The notes: generated by a model from the letters alone, not told the origin. Numbered from the stretch's first letter, positions 23,771-34,939 are shown. The stretch is DNA of 64,000 nt from an uncultured archaeon (GCA_963810275.1 CAWENF010000021.1:192001-256000), one strand, 5' to 3'. Numbers and translations: made by a program.

Positions 23771-24427
23771 TCACGGCTTCAAGTATGCGGTTTTTCGATG
23801 CCTTCTAAAGAGCAAAACTGACAGCAAAAAGACAGCCACTATAACGCCAATAGGCAACAGGCAATTTGTCAACTCTAAGTGTGGTGCATTTCTATCTGTC
23901 GGTGGGGAAGGAGTCGGAATTGATTCAAAGTTACTGGTAAATACTACGGTTGAATTTGCTTCACTCCGATATGTAAACCCAAACATCGCAACAATAAGGT
24001 TTACAGAACCAGCTGTATTAATCTCTACTTTATGCGTTCCATCGGGAATATTTGAGATGGTCTCATTAAATTCTAAAAATTCAACTTCGCTATCCTGATT
24101 TGAATAGAGGTTAGTTTCTTTAGTTTGCCAATCACCCTTATAGTAAACTCTTGTTATGCTTCCAGAGTTATTTCTTACACCATTATGCTCTATGATACTT
24201 GACGGTATATTGGGTGATAATTTGATAATTTGTGGCTTTGTTACGTTGAAATATAATTGAATTGAATTAGATTGTATTGTAGAACCATTTTGTGGATAAG
24301 TGACGGTGATATTTGGTCCAGTCATTGTTGGTTTATAAAGTTCATAGTAGTCTTGAGCATCCACAATTGCCAAGGGTATTGTTGTTAGCATCAACCCAAT
24401 TATTACCAAAGCCACTATTAGTTTCAT
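23771..24427 (-). CDS. Membrane-anchored secreted Ig-like protein with DRNAPHL-TM-RRHRKT tail
   Basis: Signal peptide, PNITVTYPQN, NIPDGTHKVEI, Pro/Thr linker, TM. Confidence 0.8.
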   Translation of the reverse strand: MKLIVALVIIGLMLTTIPLAIVDAQDYYELYKPTMTGPNITVTYPQNGSTIQSNSIQLYFNVTKPQIIKLSPNIPSSIIEHNGVRNNSGSITRVYYKGDWQTKETNLYSNQDSEVEFLEFNETISNIPDGTHKVEINTAGSVNLIVAMFGFTYRSEANSTVVFTSNFESIPTPSPPTDRNAPHLELTNCLLPIGVIVAVFLLSVLLFRRHRKTAYLKP

Positions 24428-24532
24428 GTCAGTTTTAGTTTACTTTATATTCCACTTATGAGCCTTTTTGTCAAGCTTTCTTGACTAAGCTAAAAGAATA
24501 AGGGTGGGGTAGCATAGTCGTGGGAAAAGATG

Positions 24533-25291
24533 CTAATTCTGTTTCTTGGTATTTTCTTCTTGTAGTTGCCATAATCTACCAAATTCACGTTCATTATCAA
24601 CGAATTCTTTCAAGTCATTAGCATATACACTTGAAGCCTTTTTGTAGAACCAATCATAGAAGTCTTTTATCAATCCCTGATATTCTATAAAGACGGCTGT
24701 AACCTCTATTTCTTTATGTGTATTAAGGTAATTCTTGGAATGTGCTGTCCAAGCATTATTTCCATGCCAAGATAAGAGAACTTTTTTGTCAAACAGAATG
24801 CTTGATTGAATTTCGTTTGGGTCACTTTTAAAATTTAATTGAGCAGAGATAAGCGGTAAACCTATATGTTGATTAAATCTTCGCAAGTCTTTAACAAAGT
24901 GGTAGCAATCATAAAGCTTTAGCTTAACAACCATTTCATCATAATCCTTCCTCAAGTTTTTATTCTGTAATTGGTCACAGAAATTGCTACTATGGCTAAT
25001 TAAGGAAAATGTACTTGATAGATAATTATGTATCAAGCGTGATAGCTCTCTCAAGAAAGCCTGAAATTTATCTCTCTTAGCAATATCCCACATGTTAATG
25101 GAGTCTTTTTCGTATAATGCAATTTGTTTTTCCAGTTCTTGATAGTTCTTAATGACAAAATACTGAGAGGTTGCAAGATTCTGAATGTCATTGAAGATTT
25201 TAGCACCTTTCAGCTTCTCCCGCTTGTCCATTAATGCTCTTATGCGTTTTCCTATAGGTTCATTCTTTACGGGATACTTTTCTTCAACCAA
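24533..25291 (-). CDS. Hypothetical helical protein, HEPN-like
   Basis: RLIHNYLSS...KDLRRFNQHIGLP with an R-x4-H motif. Confidence 0.6.
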   Translation of the reverse strand: MVEEKYPVKNEPIGKRIRALMDKREKLKGAKIFNDIQNLATSQYFVIKNYQELEKQIALYEKDSINMWDIAKRDKFQAFLRELSRLIHNYLSSTFSLISHSSNFCDQLQNKNLRKDYDEMVVKLKLYDCYHFVKDLRRFNQHIGLPLISAQLNFKSDPNEIQSSILFDKKVLLSWHGNNAWTAHSKNYLNTHKEIEVTAVFIEYQGLIKDFYDWFYKKASSVYANDLKEFVDNEREFGRLWQLQEENTKKQN

Positions 25292-25345
25292 CTAAATCAA
25301 CTGTACTCTTTTCTAACGCTATTCTGTTGATAATACCTTTAACTT

Positions 25346-27004
25346 TTACCACCGAAATCGGTTGGAGAATATGGTGGGTACACCTTGCTGTGGGAAAAGG
25401 TCATTGCTTCGGGTTACGGTTTTTCGATGCCTTCGATAAAGTACTACGCAAACCAAACAAATGAAAACAACCGAGATTACAGCAATTATGGTCAAGAATA
25501 ATAATGATTCAGTTTCCTGTATAGTGAAGCTGATTGTTTTTGAAATGCCTTGATTGTCATATCCGTCCATAGCATAGACTGTAATATTATGTGTACCAAG
25601 CGGCAAATCCGTGAGCGTTAGATTACCCGAGATAGTCTCATTCTGCTTTCCATCCAAACTGTAGCCAATCCATGTAACCTGTTTGTTGAGTACAAAGTCT
25701 AAACTTACATTTCTGACTGAATAAGCAACGCTTTCTGGATTGATAATTTCTATAGTTGGCATTATAAGCCAATCAGGAAACACTTCCTCAACAGTGGACA
25801 GATTGAATGGATTTATGAGCGGGTATCGGTCAAGATGGGTAGGGTCTAAGTAGAATGGAGAATCACCCAAGCCATCGCTGTTGTTATCCTCTCCTTGGTA
25901 TGTATTCCAATAATTACCTTCTTTGCCATTATCCAAATAGTCAGTAACATTTGACATAGACAGTGTCCACATTTGATAATATCGATTGTCCACAAAGTTG
26001 TTATGAACTAAGAAGCTAAGATTACCGTAAGGGTTTATGATAGCGTTACGAGAGTTTATAGTCCATTCATTGTAGGCAATGTAGTTTGCATACATTATAC
26101 TATCGGCACTTGGGGAAATACCGATTCGGCAGTAAGTAATGTTATTTAACAAAGCTTTATTGCCATAGCCGATTATAATTAAACCTTAGCCGTAATGGTC
26201 AAGTACATTTCTGCATACTATGTTATCTTTGCCATTGACTCTAAATTCTCCACTTTCTGTAAAGATATTCTTGTAAAAAAAGCAATCATCAGTGGTAGAA
26301 GAAAAAGAGCCAGTGACGTTGTTAAAAGACATAACACCGAAAGTTCCAACAAAATTAACATCACCATTTATAATTCTATTTGAGGAAAAGTTACAGTGGT
26401 TTCCAGCTATTTCATAATCATACAACCGTTTAGCAGAAGGGTTTTCGGAAAATACATTATCTGTGATATCATTATTAGAGCCAAGCATAGTCAAAGGGGC
26501 TTTTATGGAGTTATTTCTAAGTTGACTGTTTGAACCGATTATTGACATAAAGGAAGTAAGGACGTTTCCTTTTATTTGATTATTATTTCCAGTTATGTTT
26601 ATGTCGCCACCATTGGTTACGATTGTGAATCCAGTAAGTACAAAGTTGTCTGAATGTACTTTCATTGCTGTATCATACCATACTGGAGCGGGGAAAAGGT
26701 CTGGAAGATACCAATACAAGGGTTCACCCACATGCTTTTCTGATTGTAGATTTAGCTTTGTTGAGCCAGCATTCTCGCCTATTAGAGCAACGGATTTGTC
26801 TATGGTGAGTTCGGTTTCAGTGTAAATTCCGCTTCTAACATAAATTGTATCTCCGTTTGTGGCGTTTTTTATTGCAGAGGAAATTGTAGGAAAATCATCA
26901 GGCACTGTTATTACCTTTTGTTGGGCTTTAACGGTTAAGGGTTGAATCGCTACTAAGGATGCGACAACCAGCAAAATAAGCAGTAAACATAGCCCTTTTC
27001 TCAT
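25346..27004 (-). CDS. NosD/CASH right-handed beta-helix plus Ig-like surface protein, frameshifted near 26170
   Basis: ITVPDDFPTISSAI..ATNGDTIYVRSGIY, GNYWNTYQGEDNNSDGLGDSP, DRYPL, YSLDG, TM-RRHRKT; true stop probably about 25401. Confidence 0.8.
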
Positions 27005-27966
27005 TCTTGCCCTACTCCAGACTCAACAGTTTTACGCTGTCTTCTATAAATAGTGAACGATAGAACAACAATAATTACAGCCACTATAACGCCAATAGGC
27101 AACAGGTAAAATATCGAGTCTAAATGTGGTGCATTTCTATCTGAAGATGGGGAAGGAGTCGGATTTGATACCGCATAAATATCGACAGGTGATGTTAAGG
27201 GATATTGGTCAATGTTTTTTTCATCAATAACGTAGACACTTGAACCGTTATAGTCGCTCCAATAATTACCGACTGAGCCATTATCCCATGAATCTATTGA
27301 ATAATACACTCTGGCTGTGTTAGTATTACTTACAGTATCGCATACAAAGTTATTTTGATATATCGTATTGTTAGAAGAAGTTACAAAACTGATTAAGCTG
27401 GTATATTCGCTCTTGCTTCTAAAACTATTTTGGGAAATTACATTTTGAGAACTATTTATAAAAATCATTCCAGTCAAATTGTCTCTGATAATATTTTGGG
27501 CAAATAGGTTTGAGTTGCTACCAATTGAATAAATTCCGCCAACATCAATGCCGTTCATACCCTGAATACTCCAAAATCCTGTTAGTGTATTGTTGTAAAT
27601 CAGGCAGTTTGAGGAATTAGTCAAAGATAAGCCTATTAATGAAATTTTTTCATCCTTGTCAATAATAAAGCCCTTAATAATGACATTAGATAGCTGATTC
27701 AAAATAATAGCTGATATAGTCTGTTTGTTGCCGTCAAGCACAATATTGCTTGCTTTTACAGTTATAATTCCCTTAACGCCACTTGTTACAACATAATCTT
27801 TACCAGTTTGTTGAATTGGTGCTGATGAAGGTGTGATGCTTCCATTTGATTCAATGGTTATATTACCGTTGTCTTGAGCTTCAGTCGGCGATCGTTGAAG
27901 GTTTTGTATAGATAATAGAAATGCTATTATCATCAGTACAGCAAAGACTTTGCCATTTTTTTGCAT
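27001..27966 (-). CDS. NosD/CASH beta-helix surface protein with DRNAPHL-TM-RRQRKT tail
   Basis: ITIESNGSITPSSAPI, NIVLDGN, Asn-rich repeats, WDNGSVGNYWSDY, DQYPL. Confidence 0.85.
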   Translation of the reverse strand: MQKNGKVFAVLMIIAFLLSIQNLQRSPTEAQDNGNITIESNGSITPSSAPIQQTGKDYVVTSGVKGIITVKASNIVLDGNKQTISAIILNQLSNVIIKGFIIDKDEKISLIGLSLTNSSNCLIYNNTLTGFWSIQGMNGIDVGGIYSIGSNSNLFAQNIIRDNLTGMIFINSSQNVISQNSFRSKSEYTSLISFVTSSNNTIYQNNFVCDTVSNTNTARVYYSIDSWDNGSVGNYWSDYNGSSVYVIDEKNIDQYPLTSPVDIYAVSNPTPSPSSDRNAPHLDSIFYLLPIGVIVAVIIVVLSFTIYRRQRKTVESGVGQE

Positions 27967-28444
27967 AATCCATTTTTGGATAAATTTAGTTAAAAGCATT
28001 CTTGTTCAGACTTCTTGACTAAGCATAGTGAACTTTTCTTGACTTAGATGGCGGACCAGATTTCATACATAATAGAATTTGATAATTCGTTGAGTCAATT
28101 GCGTGTTTTTGTTTTTATGTTTTTTGTTTATCTTTTTGGTATAAGTATGCTTGTAAGCGAACCAGCTATTGCGATTAATGAGAAGTAAAAAAACTCTTTT
28201 GATACCTCTGTTGCTTGAGATAAAGATATGTAACCTCCAATTATAGCAAATGCAAACAGAGATATTGAAAGTAAAGACAACAGACGATATTGTTTTGTTA
28301 TAGGATATTTCCAATATTGTTTATACCTACTTTATCTGACTTGTTAATGTTACAAAATACAAAAACTATACGGGTTTCTTGACTAACCACGTCACCGTTT
28401 CTTGACCAATAGAGGGCAGGGGTACACCCATGCATGGGAAAATT

Positions 28445-29399
28445 GCACGGCTTCAAGTTACTGGTTTTTTGATGTCTTCTAAAAAGTAGGACTGAAACTA
28501 TGATTATAGCAAGTATTATGCTGATGGGCACCAGGTAATCAATCAACTCTCAATGGGGTGGATTTTATCTTCGGGTGGTGGAGTTGGAATTAAGGAAGGT
28601 GTTGGAGTAGCTATTGAAGTTATATTAACAGGATTTTTCAGTGGATAGTGGTCAACATTGTTGCTATTAATAAAATATGAACCAATACCTGAGTAATCAC
28701 TCCAATAATTTCCCAGTGAGCCGTTATCCCAAAAGTTCTTTTCGAGGAAACAATAAAATTATTTTGACCAAGTAAGTTATTGTTAAAAAGTGTGTTGTTA
28801 TGACAGCCCCTTGTTACCAGAACTTCAGTTATGTTATTTTCGGTAAAATGGCTGCTATTGCTGAGGTTTAAAGTCTCAATAGTGCTGTGTGCGACTCGAT
28901 TTTTTACCCCTAAACCAAGTGTATAGCCAATATAGCAGTTAGAGACTGTAACGAAATGACTATCTGACAAATCTATATTCCATGTTGTGTTAGCATTGAA
29001 AATAAGGCAATTAGAACAATTTTCCAATAAAATTCCAGCACGACCCAAAAAACCAATTATTGAAATGTCTTTTAGATGACGTTCTTACATTTTCCAGCTT
29101 AAACCTGAATTACTTGCTCGGTCATACACTGAAGACCCGTTAATAGTGTATCCTGCGCCATCAAAGACGATATTGCTGCATTGAATGATAAGTGCATATT
29201 TGCCCGAGATGTCTTTTGTTAGAGTGTATGTGTTTCCTTGTTGTTGGATAAATTCTGTTTGTGGTTCTATGCTTCCATCGCTTTTTATGGTGATATAGGG
29301 TAAATAGACGCTGGGATATGCTCGTGGAATTAATGATTACCCCAGATGTGATGGGATAAAAAGACCTAAAACCAAAATCATGACTATTAATTTTTTCAT
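28445..29399 (-). pseudogene. NosD/CASH beta-helix surface protein, multiple frameshifts
   Basis: ITIKSDGSIEPQT, NIVFDGAGY, WDNGSLGNYWSDY, TM-RRHQKT found in different frames. Confidence 0.7.
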
Positions 29400-29490
29400 T
29401 TTATTCCTCGGTCTTTTTCAAGGTTGAATTCCTACAGGATTTAGTAATAAGTTTTTCAGTCAACGTTTCTTGACCGGTTTCCGATTCCTC

Positions 29491-30442
29491 CTATAAAGTA
29501 ATGCGAGAAATACATAACGCTACACCAACAAAATTATAACTAAGACTTTGACAAGGATAAGCATTGGAAAAGTTTCTGCCTATGGTGAAAACTAATGTTT
29601 CTGAGGCTCCAACGTTCCCAGAAACATCCCATGCATAAATAATCAACTTATGTTCGCCAACAGACAAATCAGTCAAAAGTCATGTTTCCAATCACGCTAT
29701 TATTACCCCAGTATCCAAATTATAAGCAAGCTTTGAGACTGGCTCATTGATTGTAAAAGTTTAAAGGTATAGCATTCTGGAGAATAAGTTGTATTCTCTA
29801 TCCTGATAATACAGTGATGTTTGGGGCAGTTCGGTCTATTGCAAAACTGACTGATGTAGAACCTTCTATTTGAAAGGAATTATAAACTATTTTTTTCAGA
29901 CCCGATACCTTCGCTCAGTGGAACAGGAGCATGGAAAAATTGTCCTTCCTTTTAATGGCATAAACCGTTAAGGTTTATGTTTTCCTCTCTGGTTATTTAT
30001 CGTACCATTAATTCCAGTAAGGTTAAAGCTGCTGTGGAATAATCAAAGGGGTTTAGTTCATACATTCATATACCGGTAAACATAGGTGTTTTTTTGTTGC
30101 CAATCAACCTTATAATAGATTGTATCTTGATCTATCTTGAAGTGTTTAGAATAGAGTTTCCACTCGTAGCTGTAATTGTTAAATTAAAGTTATTCACGTT
30201 TAACGATGAAGTTATTTTCTAAAGGGGTAAGATATAGTTATTGTAGGCGGTTTAGCACCTACTTGGCTGGGTGGTATGCTTCCCCCATTTTCAAGGTATG
30301 TAGAAACGCCAATGCCTGAAATTTCTGCCGAGGAAGCTGATGTATATGATGAATTAGCTTCCCCCAAATTTAGGCTCCCACAGGTCAATAAAATCAGAAA
30401 TAAACATGTTGATGCGATGGTGGGAATCACACGTTTGTTCAT
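29491..30442 (-). pseudogene. Secreted Ig-like repeat protein, multiple frameshifts
   Basis: Signal peptide, KPPTITISYP, LSVGEHKLIIYAWDVSGNVGASET. Confidence 0.65.
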
Positions 30443-31489
30443 TAAAGTTCACTGTTAACAGTAACTTGTCCTTTACATTGAAAAGTGTTCTTGTATAGGT
30501 TTCTTTACTAAGACCAGTCAAGAGTCCTTGACTTGTGTTTTTATTTGTATAGAAACTTGAATTAATCCCTAATTATTAAACAACAAGAATGGATAAAAAA
30601 ATTCTTTTATTAATACCACTTTAATTAGAAAAGAATAAGTGACACCCATGGCAAATAGTCGAACCAGAAAAAAGAGCGTTTATACTCTCAATTCCAATTG
30701 GTTTGATACTAACAATTTTAACAGGCTTTTTTATACTGCTATCTCAGGAAAATTATTTTTCAGCTAATAAAGATGAACAAATTTTTCAGTTAACGATGAG
30801 ATGAGTCCTGTCGGTGGGTTGATAGTATTATTTGGAGATTTAACCTAAACAAATAGAGAAAAGATAAGGGTGTTGAAATGTGACTGGATATAATGTTGGA
30901 TGTAAAAGTCTTTTCTACAATGGTACTGAGGTCCAAGTTGGAAATTATTTTAGTGGGCTATTTTTTGAAAATGGCACTATTAATAGAACCGCTTAAAGCT
31001 GGGGCGAAGTTAGAGAGGTCATAGGAGCTATTATGGTTACTGTAGGTGATGATGCGTTGGGAGTGATGATGTCAAAAAAGGCAGATATTGTTTCCTTTGT
31101 AATTTTGGATAACGTTGTTTTAGACCAACAAGAAAATGTAAGGAATTAAGTTGTATTATGTAGAAGTTTTGGCGCTTCTTTTTCAGAGATATTTTTTGAT
31201 GTATAGTTAAAAGTGTCTCGTCCAGATTCTTTGACTAAGTCGTGTAAACTTTATTCATTAAACAAACTATGGGGGTATACACCTTATCCTGGAAAAGGTG
31301 GTTATAGAATTTTCCTTTTCCCACCCTTTTCATATTCACAGAAGATTTGAATTCTTCTGGACTTGTGATTATCCCTCTATCCATCAAATTTTGGTAATCT
31401 TCAAGGTCATAAATAAAACCACATTTTTTACATCTTAAAAGAATTTTAATTAAAACCAATGAAACACCTAAAAAAGAAAGAGATTACTA

Positions 31490-33040
31490 ATTGGAGAATG
31501 GGTTAACTGAGAAGCTAACTCCATCTCCATCGCTTGAAAATTCCGACTGTTTAGTTTCCTTGTGTGTTATCGGATAGTACTTCAGTGCTACACCATCCTT
31601 CTCCTCTTTAAGCAGTCCAGCCATACAGAAGTTCTTCAGCATTTCACGAAGCCGTTTATCTGAGCAATGGCGTTTTTAGTATCGTAGTCATGTTGTGGAT
31701 TTCAGCGATCCGTAAACCAGTCATTTCGTTGCATGCTGGCTCAACCATTTGCCAAACTTCATATTCTTCAGGAGTTAAGCCTAGTTCATTGCATTTGAGG
31801 ATGGGTTCGTCGATGGTCTTAGCTATTTCTATGTCTTGAGTTAGCGTATATGCATAGATCTCTCAAGTGTTGTACTATGTTTTAGAAGTTAATGATGCCC
31901 ATGCTTCAGCAATAGATAGTAGACGTGGAAAGTCTCTTTGTGCCCTTGGACCAAGATTAGAGGTATTCTCAAAGAACCAATGCTGAAGATTTTTCATGTC
32001 ATCAGCTTGAAACAGTATCTTGTTTATCTTGGCGTTTCGTATTTTTTCTATGCGATTCTTCAAGCCAAGTCTAGAAGGTCGGTTTCATACCACTTTTCAA
32101 ACTCAGGGTCAGTCAACTTCTTACCCTGCAACTCTATGGCTCTACGTATCTTTTCCTAACTATCAGTTGGGCTTAACATGAAAGTTCTGCTAGACTTTGC
32201 TCATCTATAGTGGAATAGGCTGAAGCAAAGATTGCTGTAAAGTAGCCTTTGATAAGAACTGTTTTTGTTGTATGTGAACCCTTAGAATTCCTATCGGTTA
32301 CAAGGAAACGGCATATTTGCTCATCGTGGCTCAATAGACTCTAAGGTTCTAGTAATTGGAAGTTGGGGATATCGTAGAACACCAGTATCATATTGGAGAG
32401 ACAATAAACTGTGCACTATGACGTTTAAGGTCATACCATGCATCCCATAACTCCTTTGGGTCTCCTTTTTTGGGTTGTTTAGAGAAGTCTATTGGCTCTA
32501 ATGTTCGTTCATCTACCGTGACAGCATTCGGATTATAGATAAGGCTACGTGGAGTTGCATCATTGATGCTTATTATTGGGTTTAGTCAGCGTTATAAAAG
32601 AACCAGAGGATTTCTTTTATGTTGTATGTTTTTCCAACACTGGATGCCCCTGTAAGTATAGCGTTTTCTGGTGGTCAGCTGTGTATGTCAAGGCACATAT
32701 TAGGAATAGAATTCTTTTGGCTTCTGTGTTTCGAATATTGTTTTTGAGAGCACTTCATTGAATTGAGCTAATGTAAGTTCATTGTTCGCGGACTTGTCAT
32801 ATAGGCTATATACTTGTTTAGATTGAAGTGTTCTGAATGTTGGTATAGCAGCTTTACCCATTTCGGGAAGTGGTAAATTGATTGGTTGTTCAGAGAGTTT
32901 TCGGAAATAAGGTTTAGACCTACTTGCTCTGGTGTTTCGATTTGAGGGTTAAATATTTCAACACATATTTTTTCCTCAGGTAAGTATATGTCCAACCAAG
33001 AATACCAGTATTTAGTACAATACTCAGTATGGGTAGACAA
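31490..33040 (-). pseudogene. P-loop (MCM-like AAA+) ATPase / putative replication helicase, fragmented
   Basis: Manual translation: AILTGASSVGKT (Walker A, 32627-32650), LVFYDIP, SHDE..CRFLVTDRNSKGSHTTKTVLIKG, SRTFMLSP, PRAQRDFPRLL, C-terminal wHTH-like segment; boundaries approximate. Confidence 0.6.
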
Positions 33041-34081
33041 ACTTGAATAAACCTTTAAAAAAGTTCTGGATTTTTCAGAAGCCTCAGCACACGTGAGAAA
33101 ATTCTTGTTTCATTGCTGGATGGAGATTTGCATTTCATTCCGCTAATGAAACTGTTGGTTGCTCTAGAGGAGTTATAGCGACTCATTTGCGTGAATTAGT
33201 AGGAGCTCAGTAGACAATGGTGGTCACGATGAAGATTACAATAAATAGTGCCATCATAATTTAACCAAAATCAAGCAAACAGAAGGTTAGAAATGTATCC
33301 TGTCTCTCTTATCCATTTACCTAACAAACAATTAAATGAATTTGTGTGGGTATAAAATGAAGATGCTGCAGGATTTGGATAGACAACCTTTATCAAGAGC
33401 TTCATTTATAAAGGCAAAAAACGTTGGCTTGATTGGGTTTCTGCACGTGACGATATAGGTACATTTGTTAATGCAATTGAAACAGACTTGAAAAATCTTG
33501 ATTTTAATACGAAGAAATATTCAAATTATGGATAATCGAGAATGGGTCATTACTTATTACAGTTAATAACTTATTGTAAGGCTCCATCGTACTTCATGCT
33601 ACAACAAGCACAAACAAGCAGGCATCCCTATACAGAGAAGGAAAAAGCAGACGTTCTTGCTTGGACGAAAGAAAGATTGAATTGTTATGCTTTTGAGAAA
33701 ATATACAAGGAACAATAAGCCTTTTCCCGTTACAGGGTACACTCACCCTATGGTATCTTTTCCTGTGAAAGGGTGTACATACCCCATGTTTACCTATAAC
33801 TGCTAACCCCATATGCTTAACATCCACAGGCATACCTGAAAAAATTAAGCCATGGCATCCCATATAATCGCTAGCATCAATGTAAACTAGCTAGGGGAGT
33901 GGTTTTTTGCAATATGTTAAACTTCCACACCCGATTATTCGTCAAGACCTCTACCAATCCACATATAGAGGCGATTTTAGACCTTTTCACGGGATAGGGT
34001 GTACCTACCCTATCTGATTTTTTACTAACAGAATAGTGTTGAAAAGCCTTAAAACCAAAGTAGCTTGAAATAACCAACCTT

Positions 34082-34900
34082 ATGAGTATAGAGGATAAAA
34101 TACTGGAAGATTGGTGCAAAGAAGCGGAACTTGATTACAAATTTGCATTATCCTTAAAAAAATGGATTTTTCCTTTACTGGAAAATGCCCACATAAAATA
34201 TGGTTCTCTCTTTGACCGTATCTATTTAGAGCAGAAAGAGGGAATTGAGTTAAGACAGGAGAATTCGGCTAAACTTTTAATGTTACTAAGAAGGATAAAC
34301 CCTAATCTTCTTGTACCTGAAGAAGTAAAGACCCTTTCCATACACCTTGAATTTCTTCCTTTAGTTGAAGGTTTTTATTCAGGTCAAATTGATTACTTAA
34401 TTCTTCTTCTTATTGCCAATGGACAGGAATTTAAGCCCTATAAGAAGAGAAAGCCAATTTTCAAGTTACAGGAAATCGAAAAAATTGATTTATCCATAAA
34501 GATGAAATTCCTAAAAAATAATGGATTTAGTGATTTAGCCATCAACGAAAAGAAGTTCAGAGAACTGAGAAACAGCATCGCACATATGAGCTATAGAATT
34601 CAGCCAAATCTAACCGTTATGACAAAAGGCTGTGATATAACAGACAATGATTACGCTAAACTCTACGACTACTTGAGAGAAGTATCTTATTCTTTATTTA
34701 ATGTTCAAAGGCTATTCTACAAAAAACACTTTGAGAATCTAAGTCCTGATGATTTGGAGACAATAAAGAATTCTACGTTAAAGCAGATAACCTGTGCATT
34801 TTGTGGATATGATAATTTGGTTGTACAAAGAAAACATGCTATAGGGTTTGAACCGACTATCTGTACTAACTGTCTTAAGGTATTAAAGTCAAAGCCTTAA
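34082..34900 (+). CDS. Hypothetical protein with HEPN-like motif and C-terminal zinc ribbon
   Basis: RELRNSIAH (R-x4-H); CAFC...CTNC. Confidence 0.65.
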   Translation: MSIEDKILEDWCKEAELDYKFALSLKKWIFPLLENAHIKYGSLFDRIYLEQKEGIELRQENSAKLLMLLRRINPNLLVPEEVKTLSIHLEFLPLVEGFYSGQIDYLILLLIANGQEFKPYKKRKPIFKLQEIEKIDLSIKMKFLKNNGFSDLAINEKKFRELRNSIAHMSYRIQPNLTVMTKGCDITDNDYAKLYDYLREVSYSLFNVQRLFYKKHFENLSPDDLETIKNSTLKQITCAFCGYDNLVVQRKHAIGFEPTICTNCLKVLKSKP

Positions 34901-34939
34901 TCAGGTACAGGGTATACCCTCTCCTATGGGAAAAGGTAG

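Larger units (their letters stand above)
22527..31263. repeat. Dispersed motif B (GTCAAG-N4-CTTGAC-TAAG), often in tandem pairs 23-24 bp apart
   Basis: Starts at 22527/22551, 24470, 28004/28028, 28368/28391, 29459, 30493/30517, 31220/(31244 degenerate); upstream of TATA-like boxes of minus-strand genes. Confidence 0.8.
21017..34937. repeat. Dispersed motif A (ACCTTTTCC-N7-GGGTRTACC..CCC), about 13 copies
   Basis: Copies start at 21017(+), 21193, 21592, 22577, 23751, 24501, 25372, 28413, 31271 (all -), 33719(+), 33755(+), 33981(+), 34904(-); several are degenerate. Confidence 0.85.

Noticed and set aside
23833-27163. Shared 86-nt segments as a diversity-generating retroelement TR/VR pair
   Set aside because: There is no reverse transcriptase in the window, mismatches are not adenine-specific, and both copies are in coding anchor regions.
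21017-34937. Motif A/B repeats as a CRISPR array or classical integron attC sites
   Set aside because: Spacing is gene-sized and irregular, no cas genes are present, I saw no RYYYAAC/GTTRRRY ends or long attC hairpins, and the integrase shows no evident IntI-specific insertion.
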